The notes under the pieces: generated by a model
The model's database searches: none
What the model saw: only the letters and a program-made list of their open reading frames with translations
What the model was told of the DNA's origin: nothing
Origin: a candidate division FCPU426 bacterium
Lineage (GTDB): Bacteria; Oederibacteriota; Muellerivitia; Muellerivitales; Muellerivitaceae
Length of the DNA stretch: 64,000 nucleotides
Assembly: GCA_963830915.1 (NCBI GenBank)
Contig: CAWHOE010000034.1
Span: forward strand, 1-64,000
Direction of reading: 5' to 3'
Program-made: the position numbers and the translations under genes
Shown here: positions 39,759 through 50,958 of the stretch, one piece after another
Position numbering within the stretch: the stretch's first letter is position 1
Layout: every line of letters starts with the position of its first letter

Positions 39759-40784
39759 ATGATCCGTGAAGCATTGGTCAAACTGTCCCAAAAACAGCAG
39801 CTTTCCGAAAAGGAAGCTTATGACTGCATGATCGAGATACTGGAAGGCACGGCTCTTCCGACCCAAGTAGCCGCTTATCTGGCCTTTTTGAACCTGGAAT
39901 TCGAGACATCTGATGAGGTCGTCGGCAGTGTCAAGGCCATGAGGGAAAAGATGGTGCGCCTTAACGCCGAAGGTTTGGAAGCCATCGATGTTTGCGGGAC
40001 CGGTGGGGACCAAAAAGGGACATTCAACATCTCCACCACCGCTTCGCTGGTCCTTGCCGGCGGGGGAGTGAAGGTCGCTAAGCATGGTAATCGGGCGGCA
40101 TCCAGCAAATGCGGGAGCGCCGAAGTCCTGGAAGCCCTAGGAGTCAAGATCGACCCGACTGTCCCGGTCCTGGAGAGGTGCCTAAGGGAAGCGGGAACGG
40201 CGTTCCTTTTCGCGCCCCATTTCCATCCCGCGATGAAGAACGTCGCTTCCATCCGAAAAGAGCTTGGATTCCGCACCATCTTCAACGTATTGGGACCCAT
40301 GAGCAATCCCGCCTCGGTCAAAAGGCAGGTCATCGGGGTCTATGATCCCCAAAGGGCCCGCTTGATGGCGGAAGCCTTGATACAGTCGGGGACCCAAAGA
40401 GTGGTTACGCTGCACAGCAAGGACGGATTGGACGAGGTATCCTGCGCTGACGAAACCTTTCTTTGGGAATACCGGGTGGATCAAGGCAAGGGGACCAGCC
40501 GGGTTTCGGAAGTCATCCGACCTGAATATTTCGGGTTCAAACGCAGATCTCTGGAAGAAATCAAAGGCTTGGACGCGGTCACGAACGCCAAGATCATTAT
40601 GGAAGTCCTGGAAGGGGCAAAAGGTCCTTACCGGGAGGCGGTAGTCATGAACGCGGCGGTCGGCTTTTACGTAGCGGATAAGTGTCCCCAGATATTGGAC
40701 GGAAGAGCTCTAGCCGAGGAATCCATCGACTCGGGAAAGGCTTTGAGGGCCTTGAAAAAACTGCAAGAAGTGTCCTGTTCATGA
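39759..40784 (+). CDS. trpD: Anthranilate phosphoribosyltransferase
   Basis: DVCGTGGD, NISTT, KHGNRAASSKCGSA, RTIFNVLGP. Confidence 0.97.
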   Translation: MIREALVKLSQKQQLSEKEAYDCMIEILEGTALPTQVAAYLAFLNLEFETSDEVVGSVKAMREKMVRLNAEGLEAIDVCGTGGDQKGTFNISTTASLVLAGGGVKVAKHGNRAASSKCGSAEVLEALGVKIDPTVPVLERCLREAGTAFLFAPHFHPAMKNVASIRKELGFRTIFNVLGPMSNPASVKRQVIGVYDPQRARLMAEALIQSGTQRVVTLHSKDGLDEVSCADETFLWEYRVDQGKGTSRVSEVIRPEYFGFKRRSLEEIKGLDAVTNAKIIMEVLEGAKGPYREAVVMNAAVGFYVADKCPQILDGRALAEESIDSGKALRALKKLQEVSCS

Positions 40785-41566
40785 GCATCCTTGAGAAGAT
40801 CGCCGAAACCAAACGGGAGGAAGTCGCCCGACTGAAAAGGGAAAGAGGATTGGTTTCCCTCAGATCTGGAGCGCTTTCCCAAATCCCGGCCATGGATTTT
40901 CGGAAGGCTATCTTTCGGCCAGGAAAACTATCCTTGATCGGGGAGATCAAGAAAGCCAGCCCGTCAAAAGGGGTGTTGCGGGAGGATTTCCAGGTCGAAT
41001 TCCTGGCCCGAACTTATGCCAAGGCCGGAGCCAATGCCCTTTCCATTCTGACCGATGTTACCTATTTCCAAGGCGCGCTTGCCAACCTGCCGAAGGGGAA
41101 AACTTCCTCGGGTTTGCCTGTGCTTCGTAAGGATTTCCTGATCGATGAACATCAGGTATATGAAGCTCGAGAGGCGGGGGCGGACGCCGTTCTTTTGATC
41201 GTGGGTTTGCTTTCCTTGGCCCAATTGAAAGATCTGCAAGCTCTGGCAAACCAGTTGGGAATGACTTCATTGGTCGAGATCCATGATCCGATGGAACTGG
41301 AAACGGCCATGAAAGCCAAAGTTTTCCTTCTGGGGATTAACAATCGAAATTTGAATGATTTCAAAGTCACACTTCAAACCTCGCTGGACCTGATGAAAGG
41401 TTTGCCCAAGGACCTGCCGGTGGTCAGTGAGAGCGGCATTTTTACCCGGGCTGACGCCGTGAAATTGCGTGAAAATGGTGCTTCCGCCATATTGGTCGGC
41501 GAGGCATTCATGACATCTCCCGATATTGAAGCGGCTGTAAGGGCGCTTCTCCCCGAGGACCGTTGA
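40781..41566 (+). CDS. trpC: Indole-3-glycerol phosphate synthase
   Basis: EIKKASPSKG, LRKDF, GINNRNL, VSESGI; ATGA overlap with trpD. Confidence 0.97.
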   Translation: MSILEKIAETKREEVARLKRERGLVSLRSGALSQIPAMDFRKAIFRPGKLSLIGEIKKASPSKGVLREDFQVEFLARTYAKAGANALSILTDVTYFQGALANLPKGKTSSGLPVLRKDFLIDEHQVYEAREAGADAVLLIVGLLSLAQLKDLQALANQLGMTSLVEIHDPMELETAMKAKVFLLGINNRNLNDFKVTLQTSLDLMKGLPKDLPVVSESGIFTRADAVKLRENGASAILVGEAFMTSPDIEAAVRALLPEDR

Positions 41567-42190
41567 ATGTTCCGGATCAAGATCTGCGGAGTGACCCGCC
41601 CTCAGGATATTCGTTGGATCGCAAAATGCGGTGCCGACGCTATCGGGTTTCAGATGTCCCTTGGCCCCAGAAAATTGTCACCAGCGCAAGCGAGACGGTT
41701 GGTCAAACAGGTACCGCCCCTATTGACACCAGTAGGTGTTTTTGTCAATGAAACCCTTTCACAGGTGAAAAAGTTGATCAAATATTGCGGTTTCCAAGCG
41801 GCGCAATTGCACGGGGAAGAGAGTTCGGTTTTTTGTGAGGGATTGGATCTGCCTGTCATCAAAGCGATCCGAATGAAAGGGCCTGGCTCGGCTAATGGAT
41901 ATAAGGGCTTTCGGGTTGCGGCCTTTTTGCTCGATACCTATAATGAAAAGATGCGTGGCGGCACCGGCGAAAGGTTCCAAGCTGGATGGGCCCGCAGGGC
42001 TGCCCGGATCCTTCCGGCGCCTGTCTTGTTGGCGGGTGGGTTGAACCCTCAAAATGTCCAAAAGGCCATTTCGACCTCTAAGGCCTTCGGCGTGGATGTA
42101 TCCAGCGGTGTGGAAAGCCGGCCGGGCATAAAAGATCCTAGGAAAGTTTCCCTTTTTATCAGCAAGGCGCGAAAAACATTCGTCATTTGA
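41567..42190 (+). CDS. trpF: Phosphoribosylanthranilate isomerase
   Basis: IKICGVT, QLHGEE, LAGGL, VDVSSGVE. Confidence 0.96.
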   Translation: MFRIKICGVTRPQDIRWIAKCGADAIGFQMSLGPRKLSPAQARRLVKQVPPLLTPVGVFVNETLSQVKKLIKYCGFQAAQLHGEESSVFCEGLDLPVIKAIRMKGPGSANGYKGFRVAAFLLDTYNEKMRGGTGERFQAGWARRAARILPAPVLLAGGLNPQNVQKAISTSKAFGVDVSSGVESRPGIKDPRKVSLFISKARKTFVI

Positions 42191-42210
42191 AAGGAAGTTA
42201 ACCCGGACAC

Positions 42211-42801
42211 ATGGCCGACCAAAAGTCGTTGATCATTAAACTAGCCCATATTTATTACCACACGGGCAGCTGGGATAAAGCCATCCTCGAATACGAGAAA
42301 ATCATTGGCATGGATCCCAACGATTACAATGTCCATGTGACTTTGGGCGAACTGTACTTAAAAAAGGGTGATCTGGAAAGGGCGTACAAGGAGTTCGAAT
42401 TATCGGCCAATGGTTATATGAAGGATAAGAACACTAAAAAAGCGGCAGGCGCTTTTCGAGAGATGGCCAACCTGATCCAAAAAATGATCGAGCCCCAGGA
42501 CATTGAACAGGCCGTTCGGATGTACAAGGAAATATTGGAAAAGTTGCCGGAATCGATCGAGACCTTGACCCATTTGCGGGACCTGTATTTAAGGCATAAT
42601 CAGATCGAGGACGCCTTGAACTGTACCCTTCACCTGGGGGATATGTTCAATCAAATGGATTATGTCGATAAAGCCGAGAATGAGTATTTGAAAGCCTGCG
42701 CCATGGATCCAGGAAATGAAGAGGCTAAGGTGAAATTGGAGAAACTGAAAATGGAAATCGCCCAACAATCGAAAAAAACCACGGATGGAACGGGGAATTA
42801 A
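42211..42801 (+). CDS. TPR-repeat protein
   Basis: Helical repeats [43 protein letters not shown]. Confidence 0.8.
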   Translation: MADQKSLIIKLAHIYYHTGSWDKAILEYEKIIGMDPNDYNVHVTLGELYLKKGDLERAYKEFELSANGYMKDKNTKKAAGAFREMANLIQKMIEPQDIEQAVRMYKEILEKLPESIETLTHLRDLYLRHNQIEDALNCTLHLGDMFNQMDYVDKAENEYLKACAMDPGNEEAKVKLEKLKMEIAQQSKKTTDGTGN

Positions 42802-44009
42802 TGACTCCCTTACCGGATAAAAATGGATATTTCGGGCCCTATGGGGGCCAGTATGTGCCGGAAACCCTGATGGTTGCCCTGGATGAATTGACACGAGCAT
42901 ACGGAAAGGCGAAAAAGAACCGGGAGTTCCAGGCCGAATATCATCGATACCTGACAGAATATGACGGACGTCCAACCCCGCTAACCTTCGCCGCCCGACT
43001 GACCGACAAGTTGAAGGGCGCGAGGATCTACCTGAAAAGGGAGGATCTGAATCACACAGGGGCCCATAAGATCAATAATTGTTTGGGGCAGATCCTGTTG
43101 GCGAAAAAGATGGGCAAAAAGCGCATCATCGCAGAAACGGGAGCGGGGCAACATGGGGTCGCTACAGCGACTGTATGCGCTCTTTTTGGGATCCAATGTG
43201 AAGTTTATATGGGCGAGGAGGATGTTCGACGGCAAGCGTTGAATGTATTTCGGATGAGGCTTCTAGGTGCCCAGGTCCACCCGGTGACGGCCGGGACCAA
43301 GACCCTCAAAGACGCGATGAGCGAGGCTATCCGTGATTGGGTCACCAATGTCCAGACTACCTATTATCTGATCGGCTCCACTGCCGGTCCCCATCCTTAT
43401 CCCATGCTGGTACGTGATTTTCAGAAGATCGTCGGCCAGGAAACCCGGCGCCAGATATTGAAGGCCGAAGGACGACTCCCGGACGCCTTGGTCGCCTGTG
43501 TGAATGGGGGATCCAACGCCATCGGCTTGTTCTACCCATTCATCAAGGATAAAAAGGTGCGCATGGTCGGGGTGGAAGCGGCAGGGGATGGAGTGAAGAC
43601 CAAGCGGCACGCGGCGACCATGATGAAAGGGAAACCCGGTATTCTCCATGGAAGCTACAGTTATGTACTTCAAAGCCCGGATGGTCAGATCGCCGATACC
43701 CATTCCATCTCGGCGGGTTTGGATTATCCCGGGATCGGGCCGGAACACGCGTGGCTTAAGGATAGCGGTAGGGCTGAATATGTCTCCGCAACCGACGAAC
43801 AGGCGTTGGAAGCCTTTCAGGCTTTGGCGAGATTCGAGGGTATCCTCCCCGCATTGGAAAGCGCTCACGCTGTCTATCAGGCCATGAAAATGGCCCCGAG
43901 GATGTCTAAAAACAAGATCTTGGTCGTGAACCTGTCGGGCCGGGGAGACAAGGATGTCAACACGGTACTGGAAAGACTGGGGTCAAAACTCATGAGCGTG
44001 AAGCCATGA
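42801..44009 (+). CDS. trpB: Tryptophan synthase beta chain
   Basis: [42 protein letters not shown]. Confidence 0.98.
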   Translation: MTPLPDKNGYFGPYGGQYVPETLMVALDELTRAYGKAKKNREFQAEYHRYLTEYDGRPTPLTFAARLTDKLKGARIYLKREDLNHTGAHKINNCLGQILLAKKMGKKRIIAETGAGQHGVATATVCALFGIQCEVYMGEEDVRRQALNVFRMRLLGAQVHPVTAGTKTLKDAMSEAIRDWVTNVQTTYYLIGSTAGPHPYPMLVRDFQKIVGQETRRQILKAEGRLPDALVACVNGGSNAIGLFYPFIKDKKVRMVGVEAAGDGVKTKRHAATMMKGKPGILHGSYSYVLQSPDGQIADTHSISAGLDYPGIGPEHAWLKDSGRAEYVSATDEQALEAFQALARFEGILPALESAHAVYQAMKMAPRMSKNKILVVNLSGRGDKDVNTVLERLGSKLMSVKP

Positions 44010-44815
44010 GTCAAAAACTTCATCGAGTTTTCCAAATGGCGAGAAAGGATCGCCAGTGCCTGTTCCTGCCCTATATCTGCCTAGGTTATCCGGATTATGG
44101 TTCCTCCCTTTTATCCGCCAAGGCCGCTTTAAGGGCTGGAGCGGCGGCTTTGGAGGTCGGCATCCCCTTTTCAGATCCCATCGCCGATGGGCCGACTTTG
44201 CAAGAAGCAACCAAGATATCCTTGGATCAAGGCACCAGGCTTTCGGATGTTTTCCATTTCATCAAGGATCTAAGAAAAGACGGGTTCATCCAGCCTTTGC
44301 TGGTCATGAGCTACATGAACTTGATCGAGCAAATGGGCTGGAAAAATTTCGCGGTTGAATTATCCAAGGTGGGAGGGGATGGGGCCATCGTTCCAGACTT
44401 GCCTTTGCAGCAGTTCGACAAGGTCAAGCCGTTTTTAAAAGAGAAAGACCTATCCTTAATTCCTTTTGTCGCGCCAACTTCCAACCCGGATCGGATGAAA
44501 ATGGCCGATGCCCAAGGCGCTCCTTTTTTGTATTATGTATCGGTGACCGGAGTGACGGGCGCTAGAAAAGAACTTCCTGCGCAGCTATTTTCCACTTTGA
44601 AAAGGATGAAAATCCGTCTGAAAACGCCAATGGTTGTTGGTTTTGGGATATCCACCCCAGAGCAGGCTGCCAAGGTAGGAAATTCCGCTGATGGTGTGAT
44701 CATCGCCAGCGCCTTGATCCAGGTCATCTCCAAGACAAAACGAGGCATGATAGGGATGGCAGTCGAAAAGTTCTGCGGAAAAGTAGTGAAAGCTTTAAAA
44801 AGTAGAAATCATTAA
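44006..44815 (+). CDS. trpA: Tryptophan synthase alpha chain
   Basis: [31 protein letters not shown]. Confidence 0.97.
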   Translation: MSQKLHRVFQMARKDRQCLFLPYICLGYPDYGSSLLSAKAALRAGAAALEVGIPFSDPIADGPTLQEATKISLDQGTRLSDVFHFIKDLRKDGFIQPLLVMSYMNLIEQMGWKNFAVELSKVGGDGAIVPDLPLQQFDKVKPFLKEKDLSLIPFVAPTSNPDRMKMADAQGAPFLYYVSVTGVTGARKELPAQLFSTLKRMKIRLKTPMVVGFGISTPEQAAKVGNSADGVIIASALIQVISKTKRGMIGMAVEKFCGKVVKALKSRNH

Positions 44816-44850
44816 CGAGAAGATAAGAACAAGGCTTTAAGGAGTCCCCA

Positions 44851-45693
44851 TTGGTCTGGTACAAAAAAGTGAAAAAAATGATCCACAAGGTCACGGATAA
44901 ACGGTCCGTCCGGGTGCCGGAGGGGCTCTACGCAAAATGCGTTGGATGTTCGGCCATCCTTTACAACAAGGAGTTGGACAAGAACCAGAAAGTCTGCCCC
45001 AGGTGCGGTTATCATTACCAGATCTCGGCGCTGGAAAGGCTTTACCTCACCATCGATTCTGGGACTTTCAAGGAATACGACGAGAACATCAGCTCGCTGA
45101 ACCCGCTGGAATTTCCTGAATACGAGAACAAGATCAAAAGAGGCCAGGAAAAGACAAGGATGATCGACGCTGTCGTTACGGGTCTGGGTAAGATCGACGG
45201 GCAACCCGCCTCGATCGCCATCACCGATTTCCAATTCATGGGTGGGAGTATGGGCAGTGTGGTGGGTGAAAAGATCACCAGGGCGGTGGAAAGGGCTATC
45301 CAAGAAAAATTGGGGATGGTCATTATCTCTGCTTCCGGCGGCGGTGCCAGGATGCAGGAGGGAATTCTGTCCTTGATGCAGATGGCCAAGATATCGGCCG
45401 CTTTGGCCAGGCTGGGCGAAGCCCGACTCCCCTATTTCTCGGTCCTGACCGATCCGACAGCGGGTGGCGTGGCCGCTTCTTTTGGCATGTTGGGGGATGT
45501 CAATATCGCCGAGCCGGGAGCTATGATCGGCTTCGCCGGTCCACGGGTCATCGAACAGACCATCCGTCAAAAACTGCCGAAGGGATTCCAGCGTTCCGAG
45601 TTCCTCCTGGACCATGGGTTTGTGGATGTCATCGTTCCCCGGACCGAACTGAAAGCCACCCTCGGAAAGTACCTTAAATTCTTCAGACTGTGA
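44851..45693 (+). CDS. accD: Acetyl-CoA carboxylase carboxyltransferase beta subunit
   Basis: Zn finger CVGC..CPRC, FMGGSMGSVVGEK, GGARMQEG, GFAGPRVI. Confidence 0.97.
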   Translation: MVWYKKVKKMIHKVTDKRSVRVPEGLYAKCVGCSAILYNKELDKNQKVCPRCGYHYQISALERLYLTIDSGTFKEYDENISSLNPLEFPEYENKIKRGQEKTRMIDAVVTGLGKIDGQPASIAITDFQFMGGSMGSVVGEKITRAVERAIQEKLGMVIISASGGGARMQEGILSLMQMAKISAALARLGEARLPYFSVLTDPTAGGVAASFGMLGDVNIAEPGAMIGFAGPRVIEQTIRQKLPKGFQRSEFLLDHGFVDVIVPRTELKATLGKYLKFFRL

Positions 45694-46985
45694 CCCATCC
45701 CCGCTCGCTGGAATCTCTGGAACGCCTGGGTTGGCGTTTCGGGTTGGAAACCATCCGGGCGTTATTGTCCGAACTGGGTGATCCACATCTTTCCCTGAAA
45801 TGTGCGCACGTGGCTGGTTCCAATGGAAAAGGGTCCACCTGCGCTTTTATGGCATCTTACCTGCGTCAATGCGGATTCCAAGTAGGTCTCTATACATCAC
45901 CCCATCTTTCGAATATCAGGGAACGGTTCCGAATAAACGGAGCTTGGATCGATGAAATAGAATTCGATAATTATTCCAAAAAAATATTGAAGGCCTGCGA
46001 GAAGGTCCGAAAAAGGCTCGGCCATGATCCTACTCATTTTGAGGCTTTAACGGCCCTGGCTTTTTTATGGTTCCGGGACAAGAAGGTGGAATGGGCAGTT
46101 GTGGAGGTGGGATTGGGGGGAAGGCTGGACGCTACCAACGTGATCGAAAATCCAGATCTATCCTTGATCACGCCTATCGGCTTGGAACACCAAGAAATCT
46201 TAGGCAAAAAGATAAGTAAGATCGCTTGGGAAAAGGCCGGGATTCTTAAAGAAGGGATTCCGGCCGCGACTATCCAATATAACTCCACGGCTTTAAACGC
46301 TATCCGGAAAGTGGCGAAGGATAGGGCTGTCCATCTTTGGGTTGGAGGATTGGACTTTCTATATACCCGCCAACGTAATGGGTTTCATTGGGAAGGGCCT
46401 GGGCTAAGTAGATTATTTACTTTTCCCCATCGATCGGATTTCCAGATCATGAACGCATCTTTGGCTATCGCTGGGATACAGATCCTTCAACAAAATGGGA
46501 TGAAGGGCAAACCAGAACAAATACAAAGATCAATGACCGGAATGAAGTGGCCGGGCCGATTGGAAGTCCTCCGGAAAAAACCACTGATCTTATTGGATGG
46601 CGCGCATAATCCAGACGCGGCAAGGGTTTTGGTGTCTTTTCTTAGAAAAGAATATCCCCGAAAAAAATGGATCGTTTTGAATGGGTTCCTTAAAGACAAA
46701 GATTATGAAACTTGTGCCAAGATCCTATCCCCGTTGACAACTCTTTCCTTAGTGACTGAACCACCCAGTGACCGGACGGAAAAGGGGGAAAAAGTTTTCC
46801 GCGCTTGGGAAAGGGAAAGGGTTTCCAGCTTGCTTGTCCGGGATTGGGAAAAGGCTTTGGCCATTGGATTGATCAAATCGGGAGTTTCGTCGAACCCATT
46901 TCCTCTTTTGATCACTGGGTCGTTATATCTGGGAGGGGCCTGCCGAAAACGATTGATCGGTTATAAAGGGTTGGAAAGAATATAG
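45690..46985 (+). CDS. folC: Folylpolyglutamate/dihydrofolate synthase
   Basis: HVAGSNGKGS, YTSPHL, EVGLGGRLDATN, WPGRLE, DGAHNP. Confidence 0.95.
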   Translation: MTHPRSLESLERLGWRFGLETIRALLSELGDPHLSLKCAHVAGSNGKGSTCAFMASYLRQCGFQVGLYTSPHLSNIRERFRINGAWIDEIEFDNYSKKILKACEKVRKRLGHDPTHFEALTALAFLWFRDKKVEWAVVEVGLGGRLDATNVIENPDLSLITPIGLEHQEILGKKISKIAWEKAGILKEGIPAATIQYNSTALNAIRKVAKDRAVHLWVGGLDFLYTRQRNGFHWEGPGLSRLFTFPHRSDFQIMNASLAIAGIQILQQNGMKGKPEQIQRSMTGMKWPGRLEVLRKKPLILLDGAHNPDAARVLVSFLRKEYPRKKWIVLNGFLKDKDYETCAKILSPLTTLSLVTEPPSDRTEKGEKVFRAWERERVSSLLVRDWEKALAIGLIKSGVSSNPFPLLITGSLYLGGACRKRLIGYKGLERI

Positions 46986-46992
46986 ACTTTTT

Positions 46993-48177
46993 TTAATGGC
47001 TGTCTAAAAGATTTGGCTTTATTAAGGCCCAAAAATTCAATTGAAGTCCTAACAAGAAAAATTGGACATTCATGAACTGATGGCTGAACGTGTATTCGGT
47101 CAATCCCCAGACTAAAACGGAGGAAAAAACGCATAAAAAGATCCAGTTCAAACCCTCCAATTCGATCAGAGTTTCTTGGCGGCTCAAGGCAGTTTTGTAG
47201 TAACTGAATATCCAGAATAAATAGGCTATCAAACCTATCCAACCGTTTTGAACAAGGACCTGGAGAAAATTGTTGTGAAGGTGGGGAACGGTCGGTTCAT
47301 ATAGATTCAGAGCCATCAATCGATAGCGGGGGAAAACATCCGAAATGTTTCCTTGGCCAATTCCCCAGGGATGGTCTTTGATGATCTTCATGCCAGAAAG
47401 CCATATCAGAAGCCTGGGTTGACTGGAGTTGGCGATTTGGTGGTTGTCGTCGTATGAGATATTCAAGTCGGTGATACTTTTAACCCTGTTTTGCAATGAG
47501 GTCGGCATCATGAAAAAGGCCGACGCGATCAAGATGGCCGCTGCCAATAGCCATTTGCGATTGTAACGCCAGGAAAAAAGGAAAAAACCGGCGAAAGCCC
47601 CGATCCAAGCTCCCCTCGTTTGGGTAAGAACAAGGGCCGAGAGGATGAGTATGAAGCTGGCCCAAAGCCAAATGTTTTTGGGCGAGTTTTTCAAGAACCA
47701 GATCGTCAATAGTAATCCCGCCATCAACAACCCGCCGAAGACCATTTTGTCCCCCGAAAATGAATCGATCCGATTCTCGTGGAGGAAGAAATACTTTCCA
47801 ATACCGTAAATGGAACAAATGGCGGTACCGAAGATGAAGATTAAAAGCAACTTTCTGATTTCTTGCTCACCGAGAGCCATAGCTCCCAGAGGGAAGATCA
47901 TTAAGAAGGTTAGATATTTATGGACAGTATGAAAACTATTGGCGGGATCCACTCCTACTACCGCCCCAAGGAAAAAAGTGGACAAAAAAAGCAGCGTGGC
48001 AAAAGGAAATAGTCCTTTAGGCCAATTGACCGGTTCCTTGGAACGGAAACGTAGATAAAAAAAGATCAAAACAGCCACCCAAATCAAGTTCTGCAATGAA
48101 ATCGAGGCAACCGCGGTGGCAGAAAATGCGGATAGGCACCACAGAAGGTAACGATTATTTGTTGCCGATGTTTCCAT
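46993..48177 (-). CDS. O-antigen ligase-like (WaaL/Wzy_C) membrane protein
   Basis: Multi-TM; LTQTRGAWIG, HPWGIG, HLHNNFLQ. Confidence 0.85.
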   Translation of the reverse strand: METSATNNRYLLWCLSAFSATAVASISLQNLIWVAVLIFFYLRFRSKEPVNWPKGLFPFATLLFLSTFFLGAVVGVDPANSFHTVHKYLTFLMIFPLGAMALGEQEIRKLLLIFIFGTAICSIYGIGKYFFLHENRIDSFSGDKMVFGGLLMAGLLLTIWFLKNSPKNIWLWASFILILSALVLTQTRGAWIGAFAGFFLFSWRYNRKWLLAAAILIASAFFMMPTSLQNRVKSITDLNISYDDNHQIANSSQPRLLIWLSGMKIIKDHPWGIGQGNISDVFPRYRLMALNLYEPTVPHLHNNFLQVLVQNGWIGLIAYLFWIFSYYKTALSRQETLIELEGLNWIFLCVFSSVLVWGLTEYTFSHQFMNVQFFLLGLQLNFWALIKPNLLDSH

Positions 48178-48394
48178 GAATCGGAATTATAAGGCTCTTT
48201 CCCTAATGGAGGAACCATTCCTCGTGAAAAACCATTGTTATCGGCAGGTTGTTCGTTGACAGGGTCTATCCTGGATGTTTTAATAACGTTGGTTTTTCGG
48301 TCTTCCGGCGGAAAAAAGAGCCGGTGGACAATTTGGCTCTGAAACTTTCCCGTGAAATGTCGGGGTGTTTCGGTCCCTATAGCGGAGGAATGGA

Positions 48395-49498
48395 ATGGCA
48401 AAAGTCGTCCTCAAGAACGTCAACAAGGTCTATGGAAATAATGTTGTCGCGGTCAATAACGTTAATATCGAGATCGCCGACAAGGAATTTCTGGTCTTGG
48501 TCGGACCCTCGGGTTGTGGTAAATCCACCACTCTTCGTATGGTGGCTGGATTGGAAGAGCTCTCGGGCGGCGAGATCCGCATCGATGATACCCTGGTCAA
48601 TGATGTCCCTCCCAAAGATAGGGATATCGCCATGGTCTTCCAGAATTACGCTCTTTATCCACACATGACCGTGTTCGAGAACATGGCATTCGGTCTAAAA
48701 CTCCGCAAATACCCTAAAGAAGAGATCAAACAGCGGGTCTATGAGGCGGCCAACATCCTGGGTATCCAGGAATTGCTGAATCGCCGTCCCAAGGAACTGT
48801 CTGGCGGTCAGCGCCAACGCGTGGCGGTCGGTCGAGCCATCGTCCGCAAACCGAAAGTGTTCCTGTTCGACGAGCCCCTTTCTAACCTGGACGCCAAATT
48901 GCGTGTACAGATGAGGGCTGAGATCTCCAAGCTCCATACCCGCCTTCAGGCGACCATGATCTATGTGACCCACGATCAGTTGGAAGCCATGACCATGGGC
49001 GACCGGATCGCGGTCATGAAGGACGGCTATGTCCAACAGATCGCCGATCCTATCACCCTCTATGAGAAGCCCCTCAACAAGTTCGTCGCTGGTTTCATTG
49101 GGACTCCCGCCATGAACTTCATGGAAGGTTCGCTCAACAAAAAGCGTACAGGGATCTATTTCAACGAGGAGAACTTCGAGATCCGTCTGCCGGACCAGTT
49201 CTCTGCTCAAGTGGAAGGCCATGTGGGTCGGGAAGTCATTTTGGGGATACGGCCCGAGGACATCCATGACAAGATGGACGCGGCCAACGCTTCCCCTGAT
49301 AACACCATCAGCGCCACAGTCGAGATCATCGAGCCGCTGGGCGCCGAAGCCTATCTTTATCTGACGACCGGAAAGAGCCCCTTCATCGCGAGGGTTTCCA
49401 GCCACGATCAGATCGAGATCAACCAGGATATCGAATTGGTCTTCAATATGCAGAAGGCCCATATCTTCGATAAAGAAACGGAAAAGTGCCTAACCTAA
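48395..49498 (+). CDS. Sugar ABC transporter ATP-binding protein (MsmX/MalK/UgpC type)
   Basis: GPSGCGKST, VFQNYALYPHM, LSGGQRQR, DEPLSNLD, C-terminal TOBE with GIRPE. Confidence 0.95.
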   Translation: MAKVVLKNVNKVYGNNVVAVNNVNIEIADKEFLVLVGPSGCGKSTTLRMVAGLEELSGGEIRIDDTLVNDVPPKDRDIAMVFQNYALYPHMTVFENMAFGLKLRKYPKEEIKQRVYEAANILGIQELLNRRPKELSGGQRQRVAVGRAIVRKPKVFLFDEPLSNLDAKLRVQMRAEISKLHTRLQATMIYVTHDQLEAMTMGDRIAVMKDGYVQQIADPITLYEKPLNKFVAGFIGTPAMNFMEGSLNKKRTGIYFNEENFEIRLPDQFSAQVEGHVGREVILGIRPEDIHDKMDAANASPDNTISATVEIIEPLGAEAYLYLTTGKSPFIARVSSHDQIEINQDIELVFNMQKAHIFDKETEKCLT

Positions 49499-49537
49499 GG
49501 TATTGATCCGACGCTGTTCGAAAAATATGAAGTCACT

Positions 49538-49567
49538 AAAACCGGGGCGAAAAACGTCCCGGTTTTT
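49538..49567 (+). terminator. Intrinsic terminator
   Basis: AAAACCGGGG..CCCCGGTTTTT. Confidence 0.75.
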
Positions 49568-49618
49568 AAGTTTCTGGTAAGATTACTTACGTTTGTAACA
49601 TCCCGATAAGGAGAACCA

Positions 49619-50923
49619 ATGCGAATCGCCGTCGTTGGAACGGGCTATGTCGGACTGGTGACCGGGTCCTGTTTCGCCGATCTGGGAAATATCGTGACCT
49701 GTGTCGATGTGGACAAGAAGAAAATACAGGATCTAAAAAAAGGGATCGTCCCTATATTCGAGCCGGGCCTGGAAGAGGTTGTCCGGCGCAACAAAAACCA
49801 GCGTCTTCTTTTTACTACGGACCTAGCCAAGGCGGTTCAAGAAGCGGATTTCATTTTCATTGCCGTCAGTACCCCTCCCGGCAAGGGCGGGGAAGCGGAT
49901 ATTTCCAATGTGAAAGCGGTCGCCCGAGGGATCGCCAAGTCCATTAATGGTTATAAGATCATCATCAATAAAAGCACGGTTCCCATCGGCATGGGGGATG
50001 TGGTGACCCAGATCATCAAACAGAATGGGCCTGAGGATGTTTCTTTCGATGTAGTCTCCAATCCCGAGTTCCTTAGGGAAGGCTCCGCGGTGATGGACCT
50101 GATGAAGCCTGAACGTGTTGTGATCGGCGCCACCCGCCGGTCAGCCGCTCAGAAAGTCGCTGAGATCTACAAACCGCTCCATTGCCCGATCCTTATCACC
50201 GATTTGAAAAGCGCCGAGATGATCAAATACGCCTCGAACGCTTTCCTGGCCACAAAAATATCCTTCGTCAACGAGATATCCAATCTTTGCGATAAGGTCG
50301 GGGCTGATATCCAGCAAGTGACCAAAGGGATGAGTTATGACACGAGGATCGGTAACCAATTCTTGAACGCGGGACTGGGTTTTGGCGGAAGCTGTTTCCC
50401 CAAGGATGTATCGGCACTGGTCGATATCGGTAAAAAAAATGGATATCCCTTCCGTATCCTGCCCCAAGTTTTGGCCATCAATCATTTCCAGCGTTTGGCC
50501 TACGTGGCAAAAGTCCGGAAAGTTCTGGGGCCAATAAAAGGCAAGACTTTGGCTGTCTGGGGATTATCTTTCAAACCCAATACGGACGACCTACGGGAAG
50601 CCCCTTCCCTGACGATTCTTCCTTTTTTGTCCGCTGCGGGTGCCAAGGTCAGGGCTTATGACCCTGTTACGAACGAAAAGGCTAAGGAAATTTTCAAGAA
50701 GGTTAAATTCTTTAGCTCTCCTTATGAGACGGCTCGGGGAGCGGACGCGGTCTTGGTTTTGACAGAATGGAATGAGTTCAAACAGGTGGATTTCCAGAAG
50801 TTGAAAATGCTGATGAAAAGGCCTGTCCTGATCGACGGACGCAACATGTATGAACCACAGGAAATGGTTGAAAAGGGATTCGCCTATACTGGTATGGGAC
50901 GGGGAGAAGTCCTGAATTTTTGA
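49619..50923 (+). CDS. ugd: UDP-glucose 6-dehydrogenase
   Basis: GTGYVG, KSTVP, SNPEFLREG, GFGGSCFPKD, FKPNTDDLRE. Confidence 0.95.
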   Translation: MRIAVVGTGYVGLVTGSCFADLGNIVTCVDVDKKKIQDLKKGIVPIFEPGLEEVVRRNKNQRLLFTTDLAKAVQEADFIFIAVSTPPGKGGEADISNVKAVARGIAKSINGYKIIINKSTVPIGMGDVVTQIIKQNGPEDVSFDVVSNPEFLREGSAVMDLMKPERVVIGATRRSAAQKVAEIYKPLHCPILITDLKSAEMIKYASNAFLATKISFVNEISNLCDKVGADIQQVTKGMSYDTRIGNQFLNAGLGFGGSCFPKDVSALVDIGKKNGYPFRILPQVLAINHFQRLAYVAKVRKVLGPIKGKTLAVWGLSFKPNTDDLREAPSLTILPFLSAAGAKVRAYDPVTNEKAKEIFKKVKFFSSPYETARGADAVLVLTEWNEFKQVDFQKLKMLMKRPVLIDGRNMYEPQEMVEKGFAYTGMGRGEVLNF

Positions 50924-50958
50924 TGAGCCCGTTGAACTTAATCAAGGAGCTATCCTAA

